Below the pieces are notes generated by a model. That model worked only from the letters and a program-made list of their open reading frames with translations. It was not told where the DNA came from and did no database searches. 64,000 bases of DNA from Amoebophrya sp. A120 (lineage: Eukaryota; Protista; Dinoflagellata), in contig CAJINV010000001.1 of NCBI GenBank assembly GCA_905178155.1, forward strand, positions 11,030,311-11,094,310, given 5' to 3'. A program made the position numbers and the translations under genes. Positions 13,601-25,700 of this stretch are shown here, piece after piece. Positions within the stretch are counted from its first letter, which is position 1. Each line of letters begins with the position of its first letter.

Positions 13601-16600
13601 AATCACGGTCATGGTCCAGCGTTGCCGGCCAAGCAAGTTTTCCAGTTTCTATGTGTTGTCTATTCTTCAGCACGGACTGCGTTTCTGTATGACAGTAAAT
13701 AAGAGGATGCTCCAGCATGAGAAACTTTGAACTTATTCTTGCAGACCCAGGTATATTTGCACTGCATACCACGGGCAAGGCGATCATCTTCGTCACTGCG
13801 CGGGTGCACCCAGGGGAGACTCCGGCGTCCTACATCATGGAGGGATTTCTCAAGTTTCTCACACATCCCACGGTACTCTTACCTCCGCGGACTCGTTTGT
13901 GTTTTCGTGCAGATTTTTTCGATGTAGTTTGCATTGGTCATGGACTTGAACAAGCGTGCGCATGTTGATGTTCAGGAAACCTGGATCAAACTACGGCTCA
14001 GTCGTATTAATCAAGTACTTGCGTAGAGAAAGCAAGTCACAAAAGTCTCGATGCCGGTAAAACAATTGGAATGGCATTGCATTCCCTTTCCCCCAATAAT
14101 ACAGGACGTCCGCGCGATTGAGTTGCGAAAGAATTTCATTTTCAAGTGCGTTCCGATGCTTAACCCGGATGGGGTGGTCTGCGGGAACTACCGTACGTCG
14201 CTCGTCGGTTGCGACCTGAACCGGCGGTGGCGGCAGGAGTCAAAGGCTTTGCACCCGACCATTTTTCATACGAAGCGGTTGATCCGCCGCCTCTGCGGTT
14301 TGGGGCAGGTCGCGTGCTTCGTGGATTTGCACGGACACAGTCGGAAGTTCAACTGGTTCACGTATGGCTGCACCACCGCGGAAATGGGCAGCGGCACCAA
14401 CCGCGATCCGCGGTTGCTGCCCTTTTCCATCAGGAAAATCTCCAACACCTTCTCGCTCGCGTGCTCCAACTTCGCGATGCCTGCCTACAAGGACCAAACG
14501 GCGCGGGTCGCCGTGGCTACGGAACTCGACGTGCTGAGCTACACGGTGGAAGCCAGTCTGGGCGGCGGCATGCGGAGGCCACCCCCGGGGGAGCCGGACT
14601 TCGCGCGGCAAAATGTACACTTTACCGTAGCCGACTACATCAGAATGGGGGTGGAATTGGCGTTGAATTTCCTGACCAGAATCCCAAAACGCGCACCAAA
14701 ACGGCCGGGGCAAACTTCGTCGAGTCAGAGCGAGGCGGAAGTGGTCTCGAAGCAGGGCGAAAAATCCGATGGTGCGGTGTTGGGAAAGCTGAAGAAAGTG
14801 CAGAAAACTTCTTCTTCTGGTGGCCCATCTGCGGGAGCAACGGAGCGGGAGCAGCGAGGTGGACATCAAACAGAGAAAACTGAGATGAACACTAAGCCCA
14901 AAACTTCTGACAACGCCTTAGTTGCCACGAAACTTGATGCGTTGCAGCAAGTTGACTCAACATCTAGTGCCGCAAAGGCGTGCAGCAGTTCTGTCGCGGA
15001 AGACTCATCTGCAAGTATGCAGAGTGATAAGAAGTTATCCGATGAAGGAGCCACAGCTGATAAAAATGAGACTCAACATCCGGACCTAGCAGCAGGGCAA
15101 GACGTCTCACTCCTGAATAAGTCTTCGAGCAAGCAAACCAACGCGAGTTCGCAGGGCGAGGAGATCGACTTTGATTTCGCTGGGTTTCAGGCCGATTTGG
15201 TGAAGCACGGGCACGATTCGGAGTCCGACCCGGAACTCCGGTCGGACCACGAAGAAGAGACGGAGTACCTCAAGCGCAACCTGCCAGCGGAGGGGGAAGT
15301 CGAAACGCTGAAGCTAAAGGAGAAGAAAAAAAAGAAGCGACGGAGCAAGCGCCCGGCAACGCCGCACGTGAAGTCGCGATATCTGCTCGGTGTGCACGGC
15401 GGCCCGCTCGTTGCCTCGTCCTCGCACACGACTGTGAAAGCAGGCGCGGCCGCCGCGATTACCCCCGCGAAAGAAAGTAGCGCAGCTACTCCTGGTGGGA
15501 AGGATCTGACCAGACCGCAGACGTTGAGCAGCGTTTCTGACGTTGGACCCGCAAGTGACGGCGCGAAGCAGATGGAGCGCAGTGGCTCCGCCGGTACGCT
15601 GGAAAATAACCGGGACTTGGTAAACTCAATATTGCGACCCCGATCCAGAACGACGTCGGACCACTTGTTTATGGGTCACAAAAAAGCAGCAGAGGAGGAG
15701 GAGATGCCTTCGGGCAGCAAGCCAGGAGATCCTCTGGAGCCGGCGACGAACGCCAAGGCACTAGCCGACGACACGACCGCCGCTGAAGTCCAGGCTGCTG
15801 CCACTGCTGCTAGGCCTTCCGGGGAGCAAAATACGCTCCAGACTGGGGCAGCGGCGACGGAAGATCTAGAGAGAACTAGTATGCTTTTGGATCACGACAG
15901 GTCGCTGAATGACGACGAACTGACGAGAACCCTGGACCTGGCAGACAGCAAGGAACAACCGCTGACGTACTTCGCCGAAAAAACAGACAACGAGGACGAG
16001 CTTGTCGCGACGACCGTACACACACCAGAGCAGAGCGTCGCGTTAGGGGACGACCAACTGGCGGCGCGAGCGGCAAAAGACCTCGACGACGTTGTGGCAA
16101 GCAAAAACTCCACCACGCTTTCTGGCGGAGACTCCGCACAACTGAACCCCGGCGACTCGCAAACCGTCCCGATCCGCAAGTTCGAGCACAAACTGCAGGG
16201 CACGCCCTCGCAAAAGTGCTTCCCGAGTCGAAAAGTGCGCGGCAATGGTACCACCAAAGGGAACAATCCGCCGGCCTCGCCCGCAATTTGGTCGTCATCG
16301 CGTGCAATTTCAGACCACGATAGTAGAAGGCCGTCGACAACACCCTCCCGGAGCCGCGCCGCGTCCGGCGGATCCATCGCGCAGATGGTCGGCACCACGC
16401 CAAACAAAAACAGCGGGGAGTATCAACCCAGTGGGGCGTTAGAGGTAAGCGGGGAGAACGCGGCCAATGGGGCTAGGTTTTTCGCGCGCGGAGAACTGCC
16501 CAGTTCGTGGACGAAACTCCCAATGGGGGAATTGTTTGGTGATGACAGAGACACGTCGACCAGGGCCGGTAGCAGCTGCAGCTCTTCCTGTGCGGAGGAA

Positions 16601-19600
16601 GACGATCAGCAGGGCTTCACGGGGGAAGAGCTTCGCTTGCACCCCCTCGTCGCTGGCCGGCAGCCCATTGGAAGCGGCATCATCGCAGCTGCGCAATCCA
16701 AATTAACCGGGAGAGACAGACGGGGGTTGCCGCCTTCCGGTGTGAACAGCAAGACGGGAACATCCAAGCCGAAGACGACGCACATTCGCCCCTTTGCGCA
16801 AGCAGATTTTGCCGAGCACGTGAAAAAAAGAGGTTTGCTGAACTCCGCTGGCGTGCCACCGTTGATGGTGAAGCAGGCCCGAAGCGCCGGCTTGTACCAG
16901 AACCGACCGCAAACAGCAGCGGGAGACGGCGGAGACAGCCTCTCTAGCAGTTTGAAGGACGTGGCGCACGTAGTTGGAAGCAGCGCCGCCCGACCGCGGT
17001 CCCGGCCCTCGAGTGGGCGACCTGCCGCACGCACGGGAGGCGCCAGCTCGACGTCACGACCGTCCAGTGCGCAGCGGTCCAGGCCAACCTCGCGGCCGTC
17101 CAGTGCGCAGTCACACAGGAGCAATCCACTGCAAATCGATCTGTCCTCCACACAGGAAGATGTTGTCGACGAGTTCATCGCTCGTGGTCCACAGCACGGG
17201 AGTGCACAGGCAGCACAAGTGCCCGAACTAGTACACCAGCAGCAGCAGGCGCAGCCCCCTCCGCGCCGGCGGCAGCTAATCGATGTGGATCATAATTCCG
17301 GGCTCGAAGATCCAAACACGACCAGCATGGAGTTCATGGAGCGTGGCAGCAGTTTTGGTGGCGACCTGACTGCCGACGAGAATGACCGCCAGGAGTCACT
17401 GAGCGGGTCGCTGAAGAGTGTCGGAACAATGCGTTCCAACTTCACATCGAGTTCGGCCGCGTCCGAAGTGTCTAAGGTGTTGAAGCAGTCCTTCAAGCCC
17501 AAGACTTCCTACGTAGGCTTTACAAAACCAGCAGCGCCGCTGCAGATTCCGAGACAGAAGGAGACGGGTCCAGTTCATGCACAAGCCCGAAGCGGCGGAA
17601 GCAAGTCTTCGAAAACGGGCTCGACCGCAAGCTCGTCTTCGGGAGGTGGGAACAAAAGCGCCAGGCCGGGAAACCGTGCCCCGCACAACTCGCCGCTCGT
17701 GACGCAGTACGCAGGCGGGTGTTTGCATCCAGTTGTTCGCAATGTTCGGGCACCAGCGACTACGCCTTGCAAGAGCTCAGCGAATGTCACGCCACTCCGG
17801 GAGGAATATCTGCCTCCGGACCTCGCAAGTGCTCCAAAGCAGGCCCAAGTACTGTCCTCTGACGTGAGAGATGACGAGTTCCAGCAGCCTGGCCTTGGTT
17901 TTGACGCAGGTTCTGACATGATCGTAAACCATTTTCCGCCGGGAACACCCAGCGGCGGATTGAATTCGGTCATTCTCGAGCCAGGCCTCGCTTTGCCCTC
18001 AAATTCGTGGACCGCGAGCTCGCCCGGCGGCGTACCCTTGCTGGCTGAGCCAGAGCAAAGTTTGAAGAAGCTCCCGGGCAATCACAAAGCCCCTCACCTG
18101 CTGATCCGATCCGGTCTCGGTCTGGAAATGGTGCAGAACGCTCGCGACGGCGTCGCAGCATCAACCAGCTCGGCCGAGTGGGTGGCTAGCGCGAAGCTGC
18201 CGCAAGAGTTCACGCCAGCCTGTGTGACGTCAGTCGGAGCAGGACAGAATTTACCCGGAAAAGCAGACGAGATTTCCAGTGCGACTTCTCACACTATTAG
18301 TGGATTGGCAAACTGGAACCTCGTACCTATGGAGCAGCGGGACAGCACCAGCACCACCGCAATTTCTCCGATAAACGCGACGCGCCTGAGATCGGCGCCG
18401 TCTTCCCAAGACTTGGTCCCGACCGGCGGATCTTCCGCGTCTTCGCCGGACCGCGACCTGAATCAACACAATACTCGTAGCGGTAACTACCCTACTTCTA
18501 AACTAGGCTTCAACTACCAGATTCCAGTTCCCAATCAGCGACCAACCACGACGGCGGGGACCGTGCACGGAGGTGGACGCGGCGTGAATCGCAGCATAAC
18601 GTCCGAAATCGGCCCGCTGGAGCAGGAACCCTCCATCATTGTCAAAGAGTTTTCTTTCATTGACGAGGAGGAGAGCCGGTTGATGGAACGGCAAGTTGGC
18701 GGGAAACCGAAGGCCGCTGGCGGCGCCAGGTGCCCGCTGCGGCACAAACCCGGGACTCCAGCCTCCCCGTCAAAGAAGATGTCGCCACAGGCGATGCGGT
18801 TCAGCTCGGCCTCCATTCCAAGTCTCGCACAGGAGCGGCAAAACAACGCTTCCCCTGCGAACAAAAGTTTTGGCGCGCAGCAGCAGCCGCTGCGCACAAC
18901 GAGTCCGATGCTCGTGGCTTCTCCGAGTCCTCCGATAGAAGTTCCCATGAACAAGATGCACGGCGAGACAATGACAAATTCCGCTAGCAGCTCCACCATG
19001 GTCGAGGCAACCATTGACAGCGCTGCTGCCGCATCGTCTTTGGGCGTTTCTGTTTCCTCAAAAGTACTTACTGCGCTGGACGGTGCAACACTGAATCATG
19101 CCGACCCTACATCGAATGCAGGCGGACCTCCTGCTGACACCGTAACAACTGCGCTCGCGTCGCCGCCTTCTGAAAAGAACCACATTGCCGTGGTGCGCGG
19201 GTTGAGGGGTAACAACAAACGAAACCAGGCTCTTCACCAGAATGGTGCTCTCGGGGAAAATGATGTTGGCGGGGGGCTTCTCGTGTCGCCGCTCGGTGGC
19301 GGGCCATCTCCTGTGGGTATTTCGCTTAAAAATTCCGGCATTCAAGCGCGGCCCGCAACAGCGGAGCCGACTGCACCACCCTCTTCGGTGACCAAGATGC
19401 ATCAGGGGCATCAGCAGAACAACTCCTCTCCAGCAGACTATGGGGAGCTGGCGACTAGTGCCAAGCCCTCACCAACGGACGCAACGATGGCAGAAGCAGC
19501 TCTGAATAACAAGCTGGACGACGAGTTCCTGATCACGAAAAATTCCTTGGTCCTTGAACCGATCAGCGGATTTCACGAGCAGGAGCAGAATATTCGGAAC

Positions 19601-21304
19601 GCAGCTACGGGCGGCTTTGGGCACTTGCACAACCAGGCGCGTAACCGCATGCCGAAGTTTTTGCAGGCGCAGCAAAATAAAACCCACGGCTCGTCTCTTT
19701 TCGGTTCGAACAAGACCAGCACCAACCCGTCGCCGTTGCTACGCCCTATGACAAGCCCAGGTGTAACAGCCGGCGCTGGAGGTGCCTCGTCACCGCTGCT
19801 TGATAACAAAGGAGGGAGCTACGTGAGCAACATCGTCATGGGGGCGAAGTCCACGACTGGTGGGACAGTTGTGGGTACAACTAAAGCGTCCGCGTCGACG
19901 ACCAAGGCGGCCGCGAGCCCACCATTGCGGTCCGCAGCTCCCGTTCTGCACACGCCATTGACGCTCGAAAGCGCGACATCGCCGCCACCTGATGCAAAAC
20001 TTAGTTCATCAGGCGGCATCGATGGAAGTCGCGAGAATCTTCACGAACAGCATATGACAAAAAGCGAGCCGATGGCCACCAATGCAAATGCTCTTCGAAG
20101 GCCTTCGGACCCGAGCTCGGGAAGGAGCGAAAATCTGAAACCATCCAAAATGGTTGTGAATGGTTCATCAACTGTCGGGTCGTCTACGATTGCCTCGCCT
20201 GTGCTTGACGAGACCACAGACACAACTCTGAAAAAGGCGACGGGGCCCCCGTTCCCTTTGACCAAGCCGGCTGCCCTCTCACCCCTGTTCCCGGCTTCTT
20301 GTTCGCAACCGTCACCACAACTACCACTTCCGCACGACAACAAGTTGGCGCCGCTCTCGTCCAAAGACTCGACCGACGCGACGAGTGCCGTAAAGCCTTC
20401 GACCCCGAATGCCGCGAACAGGCACATGGCGAAGAAGGATCCCAACCTCGCATCTTTCCTCCCCGAGCTGCCGTCGGCAAAAACTTCTTCGCCGGGGGCG
20501 CCGCAGTCGCCAGTGCAAATCGACTTTACAACCACGTTTCCCAACATGCTGCCAGTGGAGGCGTTGAAATTTGCACCGAATTATCCTGCTGGTTCAGCGG
20601 AATCCACACCACAAATCGACGACGCAGAGCTTCAAGAAGTGGAAATGGGTTCTTCTTTTTCACGGGCCTTCCCCGCCAGCACAAAGAACCGCGAACGTCC
20701 GCCTTCCGCGGGAATAAACATGGACTTGTGGGTGAAAAGACGAGTGATAACGCACGACGGGAAGCACACAACTGAGACCGCCAAGAACATCAGTAACATC
20801 AAGCCAACTTTTGTCCATACCCAGAGCCAGAAGTCGTCGAATTGGATGAGTCCGCGCGCTAGCACGATCGCCGCGGATTCGCCGCTGATGGAGAAAATCA
20901 CGGTAATTTCCAGTAGCACCGTGAATGGAAATGCCGTGGATCCACAGGAAACAAGTTTTCTGGACGAGGATGGCACATCACCCAAAATGCTTGCGGACAG
21001 TAGGCTCGCAGGAGGTACTTCTGGTGGCGGTATGGTGAACTTCAACGCGCTGGACGGCAGCGACCTGGACTTCGACCTGAAATTCGGGGAGAGCAGTCCG
21101 GTCAAATTGCCCACCACGATGGCCGTGAACATCACCGGTGGGAAAAACGGGGCCGCCGGGGGAAAGCGAGCGGCCTTCGGAGCCGCAGCCGCCTTGGTGG
21201 GGGCGGCAACCAAGGTGGCGAAGAAGAAGGCGAAGAGCTCCAAATCGTCATCGTCCTCTGGTACGAGCGGAAGCTCGTCATCGGGTAAGAAAAAGAAAAA
21301 ATAA
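10677..21304 (+). CDS. Cytosolic carboxypeptidase (M14D, CCP/AGBL tubulin deglutamylase family) with very long disordered extensions, ~3300 aa; exons 10677-10820, 11026-13536, 13774-13872, 14105-21304
   Basis: CCP motifs FDSHFESGNL, NTQWYYF, FAYTYPYTFS, ARVHPGE, PMLNPDGV..GNYR, DLNR, DLHGHS and SYTVEAS. GT-AG introns at 10821-11025 and 13873-14104, plus a non-canonical insertion at 13537-13773. Confidence 0.9.
13537..13768. mobile_element. TIR introner-like element 3 (decayed; non-canonical intron of CCP)
   Basis: Flanked by CCAAG (13532-36) and CCACG (13769-73), TA...TA ends. GCAAAT / ATTTGC lie 8 nt from each end, and ATGTCTGGGTGTGGAA / TTGCAGACCCAGGT resemble the element 2 TIR. Removing 237 nt gives KAS(K/T)GKAIIFVTARVHPGE in frame. 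Confidence 0.8.
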
Positions 21305-22797
21305 TAGCGGCTGGCGCTTTTCCTACTAACTTTCGTTTTCAGTTTTCTGGTTCTGTTTTGCGGCTTACCAAATACGAAACAAACATGCTCAGCCATTCTG
21401 CCGATAATTAGCGACTGATCTTTGCAAATTTAAATTTGAAAAAAAAAAGCCGTGGGTTTGTTTCAAGACTCGATGTTGTGATGGCTTATGCTTGCTTTCA
21501 ATGCAGCACTCTGCCACTGCCGCCTATATTCTCCATTGCCGTAGTAGTTAGGATCTCTTTTCATGGATTTCCTTTATTTGACATCGGTAGAATTCAGTAG
21601 ATTGAAGCAATTTTTTTCTCTCCACAGTGACAGTTGTATTCGATTTCGGAGGTTCTTTATCTGGTACTCGATTTCGGAGTCGTTCTCGTTTTACTTGGAT
21701 CGCTTTTTTCTAGCTTAAGTTCTTCAGAAAAAGTTTCTGTGTTTCTTTCGTCTTTTTCTTTGAAGAGGTCAATGAGAATTTTATATATATGAAGCTGCTC
21801 GCAGGCATTGGCATGTGCATGTCCATGTGCATAATGTTGCAGGAGTTTCTTGTGATACAATACCGTTTGCTACAGTGCGTAGCACTTCTGTGTGCGTGAT
21901 AAACTTCTATGAACTTGTTTCTGTTTCGCTTTCGGAGCTCGATATTGGATTTTTGGTTGTGCGAACCAATTTTTCAACGCCATCATGCTAAATTGAGTCG
22001 CAGACTCACCACGTGCACGTGGACGAGCAGTCGGGGAATGTGCTGCTTCGACACCGGTACGTTGTCCAGCAACGTCGCTTGCGTTATCTTCAGTGGGAGG
22101 GAAAACAAGAAATAACCTATACCGTCATGATCTGTGCAGTGGTCTTCATCTTTTAGAAGGTCCGCGGTTTTTTGAGCTCGCTCCTCACCTAGAAGCGAGC
22201 AGAGATGTTGATCTTGCCCTCGGTATCGATTGTGAAGTCAGGCCATCGTACAACTTCGCCGTACAACATCAGTCGTGAAGTAGGTGTCGCCTTCGGATTG
22301 GACCTCAGGTAGTTGTAGTTCATGCTGACTTCAGCACGTCGTATCGAGATCGCATTTCATTTGTTTCTTCACGAGCGAGATTCGGATTGAATTTCGTCTT
22401 CGCCGCGATGTAGCCCCTGAATGAGTACTTACCTACTTCTCCAGAAAACTGATCGCTGTGTCGGGTAGTTGGTTTGGGCAGTGTGTTTGTTCGTCGTCAG
22501 TCGAGACTGCATTTTTCTTTGCAGAACATCGCTTCGTGGTAATGGTATCGATGTGTTTGTTTCAGCGAAGATTCGCGTTTATCTTTATCGATAACGATAT
22601 CGACTTCGACATTGTCAAAACTTGTGAACTTATACTGATTGTGTTGTACTCGTAATGGCAAGATTAAAAAGGAAAAAGGATTGGTGTGTAAGCCAGGATT
22701 TGGTGGCCCTGGCCGTACTAACGCATGCACCAGTGCAATGATTTCATTGTCAGCTTCTAGCTCTAGATAAGAAGAACACGCGCCTGAAGCAGCAAGG

Positions 22798-25700
22798 ATG
22801 CCGCAAACCCGTGACGAGCTTCTGGGCAACAAGGCGGGCCCGTTCGCGCGGCACAACAAAGATGCCTTCAGCCCGACCAAGGTGCGGCCGAAAACCGCTA
22901 GCCAACCGATCCGGCAAATGGGTGAGAGCGGGATTTGTGTGTACGCGGGAAAAGCGATGTCAGTGCTCAAGGCCGAGGCCAAGCTTCGCCAGTACAGTGA
23001 ACCAGCAAAGGCGTTTTTTGTCAGGCTGGAACGCGTCGCGCAGGCGGAGTTGGAAAAGTTGTTCGTTTTGAAAATGCAGCACTTGTTCGTGCGCAACCCG
23101 AATCAGAGCAGCTACTCCAAGGAGCAGGACGGCTATCCCGGGAAGCCCATCAGTTTTTCCGATTTACTTGCAAGTTCGTCCGCGGATGCTTCTAACCATC
23201 CGGTCGACAACGCGGGACGGCGTATCGATCCGATGAGCGAGGTGCTGGGCCGCAGCAACGCAATGTACCAGGGGAAGCAACTGACGGGCTATTTCCAGGG
23301 CGTGCTGGCAAAGTTGTTGTTGGATTTCGCACAGTTCTCAGATGCTCTGCTGAAGTACAAGGATCATTGTCTTTTGGCCTTTGATTTTTTGATTTTATCC
23401 GCGCAGTTTGACGAAAGTTGGAACTGTATCAAGAGCACGCACAAAATAAAGCCGTGAGTCTGTAGGTTCTGCACGCATGAGTGTGTTTTCTAGTGAAAAT
23501 CACAATGCTTCGCATTATTGTCGAATAACAGAATGCAACGACCCGAACAGGAATAGAGAGCGGGAGCCTTTGAAAGCGAGACTGATTGATTTCATCAAAC
23601 TCGACACAACATACAACAACAAAACAGCTACACATCGGCAGAGGAGCGCGATTTCCAATTCGGCGCCTCGCCGAACAAGCAGTCCACTGCAAATCTCGAG
23701 GGTCCCACCGGCACGCTGACCAGCGAGCAGCTGCTCGGGGGTTCGTCTTCGTCCAGCTCTGCTTCCAGCAGCTCCGCCTCGGACCGCGACAGCGACGCGA
23801 ACAGCACGTCGGAAAACGGCGAGCCCAAGGCGGAGGTCGATGCGCGGTTCAAAAAGCTGTTTCCGGAGAAGGCCCAGGTGTTGGTGAACCGACTGGAGGA
23901 GTTGTCCGAGCAGGTGACGAAGCTGGAACAGAAAAACTATTTGATCACGGACAAATTCCAGCACGCGCGCCGCAGCTTCCTCCGCGAGCAAATTCTGTGG
24001 CAGGAGAAGTGGCAGAAGGTGCGCAACCTGATCCCGGATGGCGCGCTCCGGGCGCAGTTCGAGCGGCTGGACAGCGAGGTGCAGATCTACGACGACGAGA
24101 TGTACTCGGACGAGAGCAAAATCCACAACATGTACCGCAAGCAGCTCGCGGAGATGGAGGAGCACTACACGGACGCAATCGAGAAGTTGCGCACCAAGTG
24201 TGCGTTTCTCGAGGACGACCTGGCCGCGGCGCGGAACGAGAACGAGAAGCTGCTGTTCCAGATGCAGCAGATGAGCATGCGGCGGCAGCAGTCGGCCGCG
24301 AACGCCGAGGACGACAATAACCAGTTCGAGGGATCGATGGACCCGAATAAAGTGGACGCGAGCACGCGGATGCTGAAATCCGATTTTCTGGAGTTCTTCG
24401 ACGATGTTGGCGTGGATCCCTGTCCCGAGGTGGTCGAAATGTACGAACAGAAAATTTTGAAGGAGAAGGGCGGGGGCCGGTCCACGACACGGAAATCCAC
24501 CGTCCGGGCGGGCGACGGGCGCGGGACCGACACCTCGGGGGTGGACGACTCCGACTCGGACTCGGCTAGCGCGGAGGCGGGCAGTCGCCGTGGCAGCTTT
24601 GGTAAGCAAGCGACGTTTTCGCGGAAGCAGTCCAGTCTGGTCGAGAGCAAGGTCAACTCGAGGCAATTGCGGGCGATGGGGTCGATGTCCCTGCAGCGTC
24701 AGAACACGGTTGCGCCGTCTGGATGTACAGAACAATGGCTTTTCATCTTTTTCAAAGGCCATAGCAATCAATGAATGTGTTATACCCGACCTGCTCGCCG
24801 ACCGGTTGTTTCGAATTTCAATGGTCGCCCTAACTAGGAGTAGGAGATTCTCGCTCCTCACATGTTTGTAACTCAGTGCGTTTTACTCATTGAAGATTCG
24901 AAACTAACCAGTATCACGCCTTTCTTCCGTCTTTGGCGCGGTGTTGGAAGAAGCGCAGCCGGGCAGCACGTTGCGTGTGGGCGCGACGGTGACGCGCGGA
25001 CCGGACTGGGACCGGTCCGACGAGGACATTATTCCCGGGAACTTGGGAACCGTGGTGAATGTGAGCGACATGGACGGGACCGTGGAGGTGGAGTGGGAGC
25101 CTGTTCCGGTGGACGCGGACGACGCGCTGTCCGTCGAAATGCTGGATGAGCGGGCGGCCAAAGATTTGCTGGAGCTCCTCTACGCCGCGGGATACCACCC
25201 GAGCAGCCGGATCGCGGGCATGGAGTTGCTGCACCCCGTGGGAGCAGTGAAAAAAGCGAAAAAGCAGGGCTGCGACATGGCCTTGCTGGAGAGGTTTGGT
25301 TTGAAGTACAATGCCCAGACGCAAAACTGGCTCTTCCACCCCTACAAGCTGGTGTTTGAGCCGCTGAGCGAGGAAAGGGTGTTGATGACCGAAGGTCTCG
25401 GGGAAATGGTACTTACTCGGCTTCTAATTTGCTGCGTGCTCACTAAATGACGTAGTTGCAGTTGCAGGGCTAAACGCATCTTTTTGATGTTTGCTCTTTG
25501 TTCTATCATTTTCTAAGCTACAGAGTATGAAAAACAAAGCAAAGAGCGCAACTAACTTACGGATTTAAAGCTCCTCACAGACCGATGATCCCACGTGATT
25601 TTCTTTCAGCTTGAGGGCGAATTCGGCGGCAACTTCTTGGTTTTGGTTCGGTGGCTCGGCGAGCAGCCGTCGCAAGAGATGCTGAGTACGTACTCGCTGA

